Made by a program: the position numbers and the translations under genes. This document shows, piece after piece, positions 10,004 to 20,136 of a stretch of DNA of 64,000 bases; within the stretch, counting starts at the first letter, position 1, and every line of letters starts with the position of its first letter. The notes under the pieces are model-generated. The model ran no database searches and had not been told where the DNA came from. It saw nothing but the letters and a program-made list of their open reading frames with translations. The stretch comes from Gammaproteobacteria bacterium (lineage in GTDB: Bacteria; Pseudomonadota; Gammaproteobacteria; G965277405), in assembly GCA_965277405.1 (NCBI GenBank), contig OZ255726.1:1636580-1700579 (forward strand), read 5' to 3'.

Positions 10004-11104
10004 ATGACAGCATTGTTTCAATCTATTCCTCCACGCCCAGCACCGTTTAGAACACAAGGTTTGCGCTTTTGGCTCAAAACAAACCTCTTCAATTCGCCAC
10101 TCAACATTGCGTTAACTACTGTAATTCTGCTAATCATTGGCTATAACATCCAACCATTTTTATCTTGGTTTGTCATCAACTCTGTTGTCAGTGTTGATGC
10201 TGATGCATGTCAGTTAGCACGTGGGGCTGGAGCTTGTTGGGGGGGGGTTGTCGAAAAATGGCGTGTCATTATCTTCGGCTTCTATCCACAAGATGAATTA
10301 TGGCGCCCTGAACTTGCTACATTGCTCCTTATAAGTTTACTCGCTGCCAGTTGCGTCAATGTTTTTTGGAATCGCTGGCTGATTGTAGCTTGGATTGTTG
10401 TTACAATTTTATTTTTCTGGTTGATGGGCGGTGGTTTTGGTTTGACTGAAGTCCAAAGCAATAAATGGGGGGGGCTGCCGTTAACAATCATGCTAGCTAC
10501 GTACAGCATCTCGCTTTCATTCCCGCTTGGTGTCATCCTAGCGCTTGGCAGAATGTCAAATCTGCCTACAATCAAATCGATATGTGTGGTGTTTATCGAA
10601 TTGATTCGTGGTATTCCTTTGATTTCTGTGTTGTTTATGGCAAGTTTTTTATTCCCATTATTCATGCCAATAGGTACATCACCAGATGTGTTAATACGCG
10701 TACTCGTGGGTCTAACTCTATTTTCAGCAGCGTATCTTGCCGAGGTTGTCCGCGGTGGATTGCAGGCAATTCCTAAGGGTCAAGTCGAAGCATCTGGGTC
10801 ACTCGGGTTGAGCTACTGGCAAATGCAAAGGAAGATAATTTTACCCCAAGCGCTGACGATGGTGATCCCAGGCATCATAAATAGTTTTATCAGCATGTTT
10901 AAAGACACTTCTTTGGTTACCATTGTCTCGCTATATGAACTCCTCGGCGCAACGCGACTTGCGTTTTATTCAGATGCTAACTGGCGCCCATTCATATTTG
11001 AAGGGTTCATGTTCATCGCCCTGTTATATTTTATTTTTTGCTTTTCTATGTCCCGCTACAGTTTGTACATAGAAAAATTATTATACCGCAGTAAAAAGCG
11101 TTGA
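10004..11104 (+). CDS. aapM: amino-acid ABC transporter permease
   Basis: Multi-TM permease. The ATG at 10004 directly follows the aapQ stop. Confidence 0.85.
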   Translation: MTALFQSIPPRPAPFRTQGLRFWLKTNLFNSPLNIALTTVILLIIGYNIQPFLSWFVINSVVSVDADACQLARGAGACWGGVVEKWRVIIFGFYPQDELWRPELATLLLISLLAASCVNVFWNRWLIVAWIVVTILFFWLMGGGFGLTEVQSNKWGGLPLTIMLATYSISLSFPLGVILALGRMSNLPTIKSICVVFIELIRGIPLISVLFMASFLFPLFMPIGTSPDVLIRVLVGLTLFSAAYLAEVVRGGLQAIPKGQVEASGSLGLSYWQMQRKIILPQALTMVIPGIINSFISMFKDTSLVTIVSLYELLGATRLAFYSDANWRPFIFEGFMFIALLYFIFCFSMSRYSLYIEKLLYRSKKR

Positions 11105-11116
11105 CCAGGACTACCA

Positions 11117-11860
11117 ATGACAGATAATATTATTACTTTTGCAAATGTGAATAAATGGTACAGTAACGACTTTCATGTGCTGCGTGATATTAGTTTAGAA
11201 GTCAACGTTGGTGAGCGCATTGTTATTTGTGGACCTTCAGGGTCGGGGAAGTCAACGTTGGTGCGGTGCATCAACCGTCTTGAAGAATACCAAGAAGGCA
11301 AAATAACTGTCGACGGTATTGAAGTAACCGACAACGTAAAATCGATTGAGAAAATCCACAAACTCGTCAACATGGTCTTTCAGGAATTCAATTTATTCCC
11401 GCATCTGACCGTGCTAGAAAATTTAACCCTAGCACCAATGTGGGTGTTAAAAATGCCACGCAAACAAGCAGACGAACGCGCCATGGAACAATTACAACGG
11501 GTGCAGATTGAAGAACAAGCTTATAAATATCCGCTGCAACTTTCTGGCGGGCAGCAGCAACGCGTTGCGATCGCCCGTGCGCTGTGTCTATCCCCAAAAA
11601 TCATGCTGTTTGACGAGCCGACATCTGCGCTTGACCCAGAGATGATTAAAGAAGTCCTCGATGTGATGGTTGGGCTTGCAGAGCAAGGAATGACGATGAT
11701 CGTTGTCACTCATGAAATGGGCTTTGCCCAAGCTGTCGCTGACTATGTTATTTTCATGGATGAAGGTCAAATTGTTGAACGTGCGCGCCCAAACGATTTT
11801 TTTAACAATCCGCAAAACGAACGCTCCAAAGACTTTCTTTCAAAAATTATCGGTAACTAA
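11117..11860 (+). CDS. aapP: amino-acid ABC transporter ATP-binding protein
   Basis: Walker [13 protein letters not shown] signature [15 protein letters not shown], Walker [12 protein letters not shown]. Confidence 0.92.
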   Translation: MTDNIITFANVNKWYSNDFHVLRDISLEVNVGERIVICGPSGSGKSTLVRCINRLEEYQEGKITVDGIEVTDNVKSIEKIHKLVNMVFQEFNLFPHLTVLENLTLAPMWVLKMPRKQADERAMEQLQRVQIEEQAYKYPLQLSGGQQQRVAIARALCLSPKIMLFDEPTSALDPEMIKEVLDVMVGLAEQGMTMIVVTHEMGFAQAVADYVIFMDEGQIVERARPNDFFNNPQNERSKDFLSKIIGN

Positions 11861-11928
11861 CTTTTTATGCATCTACAACAAAACATGATTGACTATAAAG
11901 TTACCCCACCAGCACTGGCACAAATCGC

Positions 11929-12207
11929 ATGCATTTTATCATTATTGGACTATCAATCATCGTCCTCCTTGTTTTGGCGGTTGCTGCGTCGATTTATGCT
12001 CGTCAACGTCGCAATTATTGGCGAGTAGCTGCAACACTGATTATTCTTGGAGTTGCCGCGTTTATTGGCAGTAGTTTTACCACAAGCGAAATATTACCAA
12101 ACGGCATCCTCTACGCAGCGTATTTCTTGTTAACCCCGATCGGCTACCTCAGCGTGCTACTCGGAACCATCTGCGCAATAACCCTATATGTTATTCGTAA
12201 TAAGTAA
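11929..12207 (+). CDS. hypothetical small membrane protein (about 3 TM segments)
   Basis: 92-aa ORF with three hydrophobic stretches. No recognisable family. Confidence 0.4.
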   Translation: MHFIIIGLSIIVLLVLAVAASIYARQRRNYWRVAATLIILGVAAFIGSSFTTSEILPNGILYAAYFLLTPIGYLSVLLGTICAITLYVIRNK

Positions 12208-12412
12208 TAGCTATATAGCATACGGAAACATCTTACTGCTATTTAATGTCGCCGCATTGTTGCTAAAGTAGCTACCCATTTGCTCTTATCTCTTGGCAAA
12301 ACTTTACAAAATAACACCACCACCCCCGCATAATTTATTGAAATTAGTGAAGTCGCCAAATTAACGTCATCGATACGCCATGTTTTGTCGCAACTTAAGA
12401 CCTGGTTGATGA

Positions 12413-12540
12413 TCATTGGGACGCGAGATGTTCAAATAAGCGGGCAACTGCTTCGGCTCCTGGATCGATGTGTCCTGCTAGTTGCGCTGCGCTGATGTAT
12501 GCCGCGCGACCAGCGTTGGCTTTGACCAAGGTCGCGGTGT
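12413..12540 (-). pseudogene. C-terminal remnant resembling a Dak2/DhaL-type dihydroxyacetone kinase subunit
   Basis: My minus-strand translation is ..YTATLVKANAGRAAYISAAQLAGHIDPGAEAVARLFEHLASQ*. It resembles the (K)GRASY..G..DPGA motif of Dak2 domains. Nothing upstream is in frame, so it is a fragment only. Confidence 0.3.
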
Positions 12541-12695
12541 ATTGCCAAATTGCAGCAGCCCACGCAGGCGATTATAGCGTATTGCACACATTACAAGCGG
12601 TGTTGCGAACTCTCCCGTACGCTGAACAGCCAAACAAGGAATACCTCGCCCAAACACGCCAAAATTGCGCAAAAAACAAGCTCTGGCGCAGCTAA
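12541..12695 (+). pseudogene. duplicated 3' fragment of selO
   Basis: ..AAHAGDYSVLHTLQAVLRTLPYAEQPNKEY.. parallels the selO C-terminus IEAAHAGDYSVLHTLQALLRTPYDEQPTMERF (7331-7498). There is no 5' part. Confidence 0.75.
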
Positions 12696-12822
12696 TTATC
12701 GTGAAGTTCGTAATTATTCCTAAACAAAATACTGTAATTGGCAAAATGTACGCTAAAATAGCAATTTAAAAAATATCTGCAATCGGTGCAGGTAAAAATC
12801 ACTAAACTAAAAGGAGATATTC

Positions 12823-13860
12823 ATGAAAAAATTATTTTTCATTATAATCAGTACGCTTACGATCTTGGCTACTGGCTTAGGTATGGTTTCATCGGCGTTT
12901 GCTGGAGCCACGATCGATGCCATGAAAAAAAGAGGTAGCCTTAATTGTGGGGTTAACGCTGGGTTGGTTGGGTTTTCAGCGGTAGATTCTGATGGTCGAT
13001 TCTCTGGTCTTGATGCAGACGTGTGTAAGGCTATTGCCGCATCGATTCTAGGTTCTGGTGAAAAAGTTAATTTTGTACCATTGACTGCGCAACAGCGTTT
13101 TACCGCGTTACAGTCAGGCGAGATTGATATCATTTCACGCAATACAACATGGACATTGTCACGCGATGCTTCGCTCGGTGGCATGTTTACTGGTATCACG
13201 TATTACGATGGGCAAGGCTTCATGATTCCTAAAAAATTGGGTATTAGCAGCGCTATCAAGCTAAAAGGTGCGACGGTATGTGTTGAAGCTGGGACAACCA
13301 CTGAAAAAAACTTAACTGATTATTCGTACGCAAAAGGGTTAAAATTAAGACCAGTTGTCTTCGATTCTCAAGCCGCGGCTAGAGCGGCATATTTTTCTGG
13401 TCGTTGCGTTGCGTATACAACGGATGCATCAGGGCTTGCGTCAACCCGCAACGCTGAAGCCAAAAATCCAGATGACCATATAATTCTTCCAGAGATGATT
13501 TCTAAAGAACCGTTAGGTCCGATGGTGATGCGCGGTGATGATGAGTTTTTTACAATTGCCAAATGGGTAGTGTTTGGACTAATTAATGCTGAAGAATACG
13601 GTATCACTCAGGCGAATGTATTGGACAAACAAAAAAATGATAAAAACCCTACTATTATGCGCATGCTCGGCTCTTCTGAAGACACTGGTAGACTGCTAGG
13701 TTTGGATAAAGACTGGCTCGTGCGTGCCATCCAAGCCGTCGGAAATTATGGCGAGATTTTCGAACGCAACGTTGGTCCAAACACACCACTTGCACTGCCA
13801 CGTGGTCTAAATTCTCTCTGGACAGCAGGCGGGTTGATGTATGCACCGCCTATTCGATAA
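12823..13860 (+). CDS. aapJ: amino-acid ABC transporter periplasmic binding protein, paralog of 7605..8639
   Basis: AAGGAG upstream. The mature part is about 85% identical by eye to the first aapJ, and the signal peptide is diverged. Confidence 0.85.
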   Translation: MKKLFFIIISTLTILATGLGMVSSAFAGATIDAMKKRGSLNCGVNAGLVGFSAVDSDGRFSGLDADVCKAIAASILGSGEKVNFVPLTAQQRFTALQSGEIDIISRNTTWTLSRDASLGGMFTGITYYDGQGFMIPKKLGISSAIKLKGATVCVEAGTTTEKNLTDYSYAKGLKLRPVVFDSQAAARAAYFSGRCVAYTTDASGLASTRNAEAKNPDDHIILPEMISKEPLGPMVMRGDDEFFTIAKWVVFGLINAEEYGITQANVLDKQKNDKNPTIMRMLGSSEDTGRLLGLDKDWLVRAIQAVGNYGEIFERNVGPNTPLALPRGLNSLWTAGGLMYAPPIR

Positions 13861-13950
13861 TTGCCCAAGCGCGCACTTCTGCGGATTTTCATACACAACG
13901 ATTAGCAACAACAGCAGTATTGTCAATACTAGTATTGCAGTTGACATTTT

Positions 13951-14254
13951 CTAAGGAAGTTCTGATGAAGTCGCTGATGGAGCGAGTTTGCCTGCAATTG
14001 CAGATGATTGCAAGGCGCATACCGCAGGCGCATGTCGTAGCAAATACGCCAAGGGATGCAACACAGCAAACTTAAGCAATTGCCGCAAACCATAATATAT
14101 TCAACACAACGACGGGTAAATACGCTGCGATCGGTCGTTGCAGTACTTGATAATACCCACAAGTCACCACCAGTGTTTTCTGTGCATTGCGTATAGTTAT
14201 CATCAGCGTTTTTGCTCCGTCTCGCCAGTCATGGACTTAATCAGAACTTCTTAA
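13951..14254 (-). mobile_element. RE295 element, near-full but degenerate copy 3
   Basis: CTAAGGAAGTTCTGATGAAGTCGCTGATGGAGCGAGTTTGCC ... CGCCAGTCATGGACTTAATCAGAACTTCTTAA. Confidence 0.85.
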
Positions 14255-14306
14255 ATAGCAGCATTCCATTGAACGTCAAGGAATAAAACTTAGCAATAGC
14301 AAATAT

Positions 14307-14968
14307 TTGTATCAGCGGATTACGTTGCTACAAAGTGCTCGTCGTCCACGGCAGATGCTATCGCAGTACGCATTAGCGAATGGCACATATGCAACAGCAG
14401 AGGTTGCATATGCCGATGATGTTGCTGCGTCATCGCTGAGCAAAGATGATAAGTTGCTGTTTGGTTATGGCGCTACTGTTGTAACAGATGAACATGGCGT
14501 TATTTGTTGATACGCATACCAGCGCGATGGGAAGTTTGCAGATGGTATAGCAGCTGCCCCTATCAAAGCGGGACAAACGTTTGAGTATGATAAGGGAGCT
14601 GCCAGCAAAGCAAGTATTGCTACGTGATAAGCAAATTGATGATGGCATTATGCGTAAAAAACCACGCGGTAACGCAATGCCACACTGGCAAAAGGCTGGT
14701 AACCTGCTGATATCATCAAAACGCTTTGTGGTCGAGAGAACTTTCGCCGCAATGGAAAGGGTGTATGGTCTCCACCGCGCACGATATCTTGGCATAGCCA
14801 AACCATGCTGAGGTTGAAGGCGATGGCGTATGACTTGAAAAGGTTAGCAACTTATTATCAAGAACAGCAGCAGTATTGCTGCCATAAATTTAGGAAAATA
14901 TCCCAAAAAATCCCTGATAAATGGGCATATATGCGCTATTTTCGCCACATTCTGTGTTTCTTTCAGTA
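14307..14968 (+). pseudogene. IS5-family (DDE_Tnp_1-like) transposase remnant with frameshifts and stops
   Basis: VLLRDKQIDD.., ..RFVVERTFAAMERVYGLHRARYLGIAKP, then LKAMAYDLKRLA in another frame. No intact ORF. Confidence 0.6.
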
Positions 14969-15280
14969 AAAATCCCCAATTTGCAATTTTCTACTCTTCA
15001 AAGCAAAAAATGATGGGGTGTGGCAGTGGTCTTACTTCGTGCCAACGCATCGCGCGGACAGCGCACGGTATAGTCGACATCAGCCGCGTCACACTCTGCA
15101 ATTTGGACGAGTGTATCACCATCAATTGGGCTGATTGCCGCAGCCACTTTTGCTGACTTTTGCTGGATGATATTTTCCGCCAATAACACATACCTTTGAA
15201 TTTTAGCTGATGGACATATGGCTGCTATGAATATTGGTTGGAGGTAATACGCATACGCTTATTATAGGTAGAATGGTAAA

Positions 15281-16843
15281 TCAGTTGCGCAACGTTGTGC
15301 GGCTATGGCACTGGCGTGGTTGCATACTGCTGGCTATTGATATTTGACGAATAGCAATTTTACTATATGGATGCAGTGTTGTGACATCACCTATTTGATA
15401 TAATGGTCGCTGAACTAGCCGTTGTGCTGCGCTAAAAAAACTTGGGCAGTCTTCATGCACAGCGTCACAAACGGCAACAATTGCTGTATGAGTAATCTGT
15501 GTTGGGCTGACCCAAAGGTTGCGTTGTGGTTTATTGAGTGAATAGGTAGTTACCATCCCATCATCATATAGCGCAATTGCTGCTGGCAAATCATAATCAT
15601 TGCCAATATATAGCTCACCACTGCTATCAACGCCATGGCACGAACGCAGTTGCTGTATTTGCCGCGCAGTTTGTTGCCAACCCACCCACGCCATCGATTT
15701 ATCGGCAAAAGGCGAGTCAAACAGCGCCCGACCCCAATGGAAGCTGACATGTCCAAAAACAAATACAACCAATACTAATCCGAGCATGCCATTGACCCCA
15801 TACAGCCACACGCCCCATCTTGGGATGCGTTGCAGTGCGTCTGCCAGCAATACGTACGAAAAAATAATACCGATTCCTGCCCACTGTACATCCATATGTC
15901 CGCCGCGGGAGGTGGTATATACGCAGACTGCTAATACTGGCCACAACAAAAATTGCACCAAAATCATCACGCCTTGGCTGCGTTTAAACGTTGCCGCAGC
16001 AAAATACAATAATAACGGTAACGCAAGCACACCGTATACCAATAAACTGCTGATAAAAATTGCGGGCTTGGTGATATTCCATTCAGCTACAACACTGGCG
16101 CTGCGGTCTAATTGATAGCCAATATTTAACCAATCATTTTCAATATTCCACAACCAAAACGGTCCCATAACCATCAATACAATCAACGGCAGCGCGTACA
16201 CCTGCCACCGCAACCACAACCAGCGGTTCTCTCTTGCAGCAATTAACCAGCAATATATTGCAATACAAACAAACACGACCAAGAGCTTTGCCAGCCCAGA
16301 TAATCCCAGCAACACAGCTACTACCAATAGCCAATGGGCATTGTTACTACGGTAAAAAAGCATCAATGCCAGCAGCGCTGCTGCGGTAAAAAAATACATT
16401 GGCACATTGATTGTCATTAACAACCCTAATGCAAAAAAGTAGGGTGAAGACAATACGAGGGCAAGATAGCCGAATGCCACTTTGGCTGAATCAAACCCCA
16501 ACAACACAGAGGTAAAGAACATATATACTGCAGCAGACCATAGTACCAGCGCTGCCAATTTTACTGCTACAAAACCACTCAGCCCTGGAATTGCATCAAA
16601 CCCTGCAATCAACCATGCCACCATCGGTGGATGCTCTAAATACCCTCCTTGCAGCTGCAGCGACCATATCCAGTGATCAGCCATATCTGGATGCGCATCA
16701 ATCGTCATGCTATACAAACCGAGCACAACAGTATATATGGCAATAATCCATGCTCCAAGCACAAGCGGGTGTTGCTGGCGAATCCAACCGTTCATATTAC
16801 TATATTGAGTAGATGCTGCGGTTTCTAAAATATATTTGCACAA
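15281..16843 (-). CDS. GT39/ArnT-like membrane glycosyltransferase
   Basis: 520-aa polytopic membrane protein. The N-terminal loop HPPMVAWLIAG and the ArnT/PMT-like topology are present. The true start may be the internal MNGWIRQQ. Confidence 0.7.
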   Translation of the reverse strand: MCKYILETAASTQYSNMNGWIRQQHPLVLGAWIIAIYTVVLGLYSMTIDAHPDMADHWIWSLQLQGGYLEHPPMVAWLIAGFDAIPGLSGFVAVKLAALVLWSAAVYMFFTSVLLGFDSAKVAFGYLALVLSSPYFFALGLLMTINVPMYFFTAAALLALMLFYRSNNAHWLLVVAVLLGLSGLAKLLVVFVCIAIYCWLIAARENRWLWLRWQVYALPLIVLMVMGPFWLWNIENDWLNIGYQLDRSASVVAEWNITKPAIFISSLLVYGVLALPLLLYFAAATFKRSQGVMILVQFLLWPVLAVCVYTTSRGGHMDVQWAGIGIIFSYVLLADALQRIPRWGVWLYGVNGMLGLVLVVFVFGHVSFHWGRALFDSPFADKSMAWVGWQQTARQIQQLRSCHGVDSSGELYIGNDYDLPAAIALYDDGMVTTYSLNKPQRNLWVSPTQITHTAIVAVCDAVHEDCPSFFSAAQRLVQRPLYQIGDVTTLHPYSKIAIRQISIASSMQPRQCHSRTTLRN

Positions 16844-16901
16844 CGAGCAAATTTGATAGCAAATTTGATAATAGTGATGCTGATGCTAAACCCTTGGTGC
16901 A

Positions 16902-17193
16902 TAGGGAACCTCTGATTAAGTCCATGATGGGCGAGACGGAGAAAAAACGCTGATGATAACTAGACGCAGTGCGCAGATAATACTGGTGGTATTATCAAGT
17001 GCTGCAACGACGTTAGCGCAGCGTTTTTTCCCGTCCTTCTGTTGAATATACTTTGGGTTTGATGGTAGCGGTACTTGCTGTGTTGCATCCCTTGGCGTAT
17101 ATGCTACGGCATGCGCCTGCGGAATGCGCCTTGCAATCATCAGCAATTGCCATCAAACTCGCTCCATCAGCGACTTAATCATAGCTTCCTTAG
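16902..17193 (+). mobile_element. RE295 element, near-full copy 4
   Basis: TAGGGAACCTCTGATTAAGTCCATGATGGGCGAGACGGAG ... CATCAGCGACTTAATCATAGCTTCCTTAG. Confidence 0.9.
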
Positions 17194-17207
17194 CGGTGCA
17201 GCATCCA

Positions 17208-17226
17208 AAAATCAGAGCTTCCCTAA
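17208..17226 (+). mobile_element. extra solo RE295 right-end fragment
   Basis: AAAATCAGAGCTTCCCTAA lies 14 bp after copy 4 and abuts the rhodanese stop codon (complement of 17228-17230). Confidence 0.6.
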
Positions 17227-17227
17227 A

Positions 17228-17644
17228 CTACTTATTAACCGTTGGCAAATTTGCATCCTGCCAGCCAGCCATGCCACCAGCTAGACGTACCACGTCATAC
17301 CCTTGAATCAATAAATTCTCAGCAATACTGCGTGTTGACATTCCTGAATTGCAGACAAGAACCAACTTTTTATGGCGGTGCTTTTCAAAATAATGGTTTT
17401 GTTTTTCAATAGAAGTAGCAGGAAGATGTTCAGCGGCTGTGATATGTCCCGCACGAAAATCTTTTTCATTGCGAACATCAACGATCCAAACGTGGTCACG
17501 ATTTATCATAGTTACAAGTTGACTTGGCGATATACCTGTACCTGCTTTGGATTTTTCTAACACAATAATCGCTAGTACTACCGTCACGAGGCAGCCGACG
17601 AGTAACGGTTGTTGGTCAACAAAAAAAAGAAGTTTAGTGAACAT
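17228..17644 (-). CDS. membrane-anchored rhodanese-domain sulfurtransferase
   Basis: N-terminal TM segment, VDVRNEKDFRAGHITAAEHLP, and the active-site loop CNSGMSTR. Confidence 0.8.
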   Translation of the reverse strand: MFTKLLFFVDQQPLLVGCLVTVVLAIIVLEKSKAGTGISPSQLVTMINRDHVWIVDVRNEKDFRAGHITAAEHLPATSIEKQNHYFEKHRHKKLVLVCNSGMSTRSIAENLLIQGYDVVRLAGGMAGWQDANLPTVNK

Positions 17645-17691
17645 TATGGGGTCTCTGGGTAAATCTATACAGGTAGTAGTTTGTTGTAAAT

Positions 17692-17725
17692 GGCGATGAT
17701 TACAAGGCGCATTATGCTGAATCGC
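17692..17725 (-). mobile_element. short internal RE295 fragment
   Basis: GATGATTACAAGGCGCATT matches the right-arm complement GATGATTGCAAGGCGCATT with one mismatch. It overlaps the stop of the 17712..18296 gene. Confidence 0.5.
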
Positions 17726-18296
17726 TCGGTGTTGGCTTAGCGGTAGGCGGTATAGGAGCAGAAGAACTTACTTTTGGAGTTGTTGCTGTTGGCTGCGTCG
17801 ATGCTGATTTTGTTGCAGGACGTACTTTGTTTACTACAGCTGTTGTAGTTGTAGTTTTTTTCTCCTGCGTCTTGCTTGTTGGAGATTTTGTGCTATTTGA
17901 CTTTCTCACGGAAACTGTGCTAGCTGTTTTGGGCGTTAAATTAGCACTTGCTGCTGTACTGCTATTGCCAACATTCGAGCGGCTTGGAATAGGCGTACGG
18001 CTGTTCTGGTCAGCTGTTACTTGTGGCCATTCACCAAATGGAAATGGTTTGTTTGCTGAATTACTGCTGATATAACTCACAACCTGCTGTGAATATATAG
18101 CGAGAGATTCACCAAATCGACATAGCTTTTCTAGAGGTTCCTTACTAAACAGCAGCGCTAGCGACTGCACGATACCAATCAAAAACACTGCAATCTGCAA
18201 AATATACATTACCAAACAAAAAATGAACGTAAAAATTATACGCAGCCAACTTTCGCCATCCAGCAGATTACCGATTATTCCTGAACGTTTTTGCAT
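17712..18296 (-). CDS. DUF4389-like membrane protein with an S/T/P/K-rich low-complexity C-terminal tail
   Basis: Two TM helices, then ..KPFPFGEWP (pattern recalled for DUF4389). About 100 aa of low-complexity tail follow. Confidence 0.45.
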   Translation of the reverse strand: MQKRSGIIGNLLDGESWLRIIFTFIFCLVMYILQIAVFLIGIVQSLALLFSKEPLEKLCRFGESLAIYSQQVVSYISSNSANKPFPFGEWPQVTADQNSRTPIPSRSNVGNSSTAASANLTPKTASTVSVRKSNSTKSPTSKTQEKKTTTTTAVVNKVRPATKSASTQPTATTPKVSSSAPIPPTAKPTPSDSA

Positions 18297-18377
18297 AATA
18301 GTATGATGTTTTGAAAACTAGTATCATACACAAGATAAGATACTCTCGCCAATATTATGAGCTGTATTCAAAATCCG

Positions 18378-18677
18378 TAGGGAAGCTCTGAGTAATTCCA
18401 TGATGGGCGAGACGGAGCAAAAACGCTGATGATACTTAAGCGCAGTGCGCATTAATACTGGCGGGTCTTGTGGGTATTGCCAAGTGCTGCAACGACGTTT
18501 GCGCAGCGTTTTTTCCCGTCCTTCTGTTGAATATATAACGGTTTGCCTACAAGCGGTACTTGCTGTGTTGCATCCCTTGGCGGATAGCTAGGTCATGCGT
18601 CTGCGGTTTGCGCCTTGCAATCATCAGCAATTGCAGGCAAACTCGCCCCATCAGCGACTTAATCAGAGCTTCCTTTG
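18378..18677 (+). mobile_element. RE295 element, near-full copy 5
   Basis: TAGGGAAGCTCTGAGTAATTCCATGATGGGCGAGACGGAG ... CATCAGCGACTTAATCAGAGCTTCCTTTG. Lies upstream of rho. Confidence 0.9.
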
Positions 18678-18872
18678 CTGCTACTAGTGTATTTCGCCTT
18701 TACATGCTACAAAAGCTGTGATATTTTTTAAATAATTGCAATACACTTTATATTTTTATATTATTCCACGACAACAGTTTCTTCATGTTGTTTTCAATAT
18801 TCAATACCTGACAATCCACCGGCGAGCGTTGCAACGCCGACAACTCTTATTAGTAAACTCATCCACCACGAT

Positions 18873-20132
18873 ATGAATTTGAATGAACTCAAGCGTATGT
18901 CCATGCCCGAGCTGCTTGCTTTTGCAAAAGATAAAAACATTGAAAATATGGGGCGTTCGCGCAAGCACGATCTGATATTTGCGCTGCTCAAACACCACGC
19001 CAAACAAGGCGCAGAAATAAGCGGTAGCGGATCACTTGAAATACTGCAAGATGGCTTTGGCTTTCTACGTTCAAGTGATAGTTCATACGTTGCAGGTTCT
19101 GATGACATATATATTTCACCAAGCCAAATACGCCGCTTTCAACTACGCAAAGGGGATACTATTAATGGACTAATCCGTCCGCCAAAAGAAAACGAACGTT
19201 ACTTTGCCCTTCTCAAAGTCATCGAAATCAACTTTGAGAAACCTGAGAATGCGCAATCTAAAATTTTGTTTGAAAACTTAACCCCACTCTTCCCAGACGA
19301 ACATATCAAGCTTGAAGTCGACGGCATGTCGGATCGACAGGCACTCACTGGCAGAATGATTGACTTACTCTCACCCATAGGAAAAGGTCAGCGCGGCTTA
19401 CTGGTTGCGCCACCGAAAGCTGGTAAAACATTTATTCTTAAAAATATCGCCAAAGCAATTGAAAAGAACCATCCAGAATGCCATCTGCTGGTATTACTGA
19501 TTGATGAGCGCCCCGAAGAAGTTACTGACATGCAACGCTCTGTTAAAGGTGAAGTGACTGCAAGCACCTTTGATGAACCAGCAACCCGCCATGTGCAAGT
19601 TGCAGAAATGGTGATTGAAAAAGCTAAACGCCTCGTGGAACACAAGCGTCATGTCATTATTTTACTCGATTCAATCACCCGCCTTGCCCGCGCATATAAC
19701 GCAGTCATTCCATCATCTGGCAAAGTTTTGACCGGTGGTGTCGATGCCAATGCATTAGAAAAACCAAAACGTTTTTTTGGAGCCGCAAGGAATATTGAAG
19801 AAGGCGGAAGTCTGAGTATTATTGCCACAGCATTGATTGATACTGGCTCAAAAATGGACGAAGTTATTTATGAGGAATTCAAAGGAACTGGCAACATGGA
19901 GCTCCACCTTGACCGCGAAATTGCAGAAAAAAGAATTTATCCTGCGATCAACATCCGCCGTTCAGGTACCCGCCGTGAAGAGCTGCTCATCCCTGAAGAT
20001 ATGCTGAAAAAAATGTGGATTCTCCGAAAAATATTACACCCTATGGAAAACGTTGATGCCTGTGAATTCATCGTAAATCGACTAAAGAACAGCAAGGATA
20101 ACAACGACTTTTTTGCAATGATGAAAAAGTAA
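18873..20132 (+). CDS. rho: transcription termination factor Rho
   Basis: Typical N-terminus MNLNELK..., [11 protein letters not shown], Walker A PPKAGKT. 419 aa. Confidence 0.96.
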   Translation: MNLNELKRMSMPELLAFAKDKNIENMGRSRKHDLIFALLKHHAKQGAEISGSGSLEILQDGFGFLRSSDSSYVAGSDDIYISPSQIRRFQLRKGDTINGLIRPPKENERYFALLKVIEINFEKPENAQSKILFENLTPLFPDEHIKLEVDGMSDRQALTGRMIDLLSPIGKGQRGLLVAPPKAGKTFILKNIAKAIEKNHPECHLLVLLIDERPEEVTDMQRSVKGEVTASTFDEPATRHVQVAEMVIEKAKRLVEHKRHVIILLDSITRLARAYNAVIPSSGKVLTGGVDANALEKPKRFFGAARNIEEGGSLSIIATALIDTGSKMDEVIYEEFKGTGNMELHLDREIAEKRIYPAINIRRSGTRREELLIPEDMLKKMWILRKILHPMENVDACEFIVNRLKNSKDNNDFFAMMKK

Positions 20133-20136
20133 ATGC

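Noticed and set aside
14991-15191. Two overlapping 63-66-aa minus-strand ORFs next to the IS5 remnant
   Set aside because: I cannot assign either frame to a family. Neither has a clear RBS, and the location between an IS wreck and the GT39 gene end suggests a gene fragment. Left unannotated.
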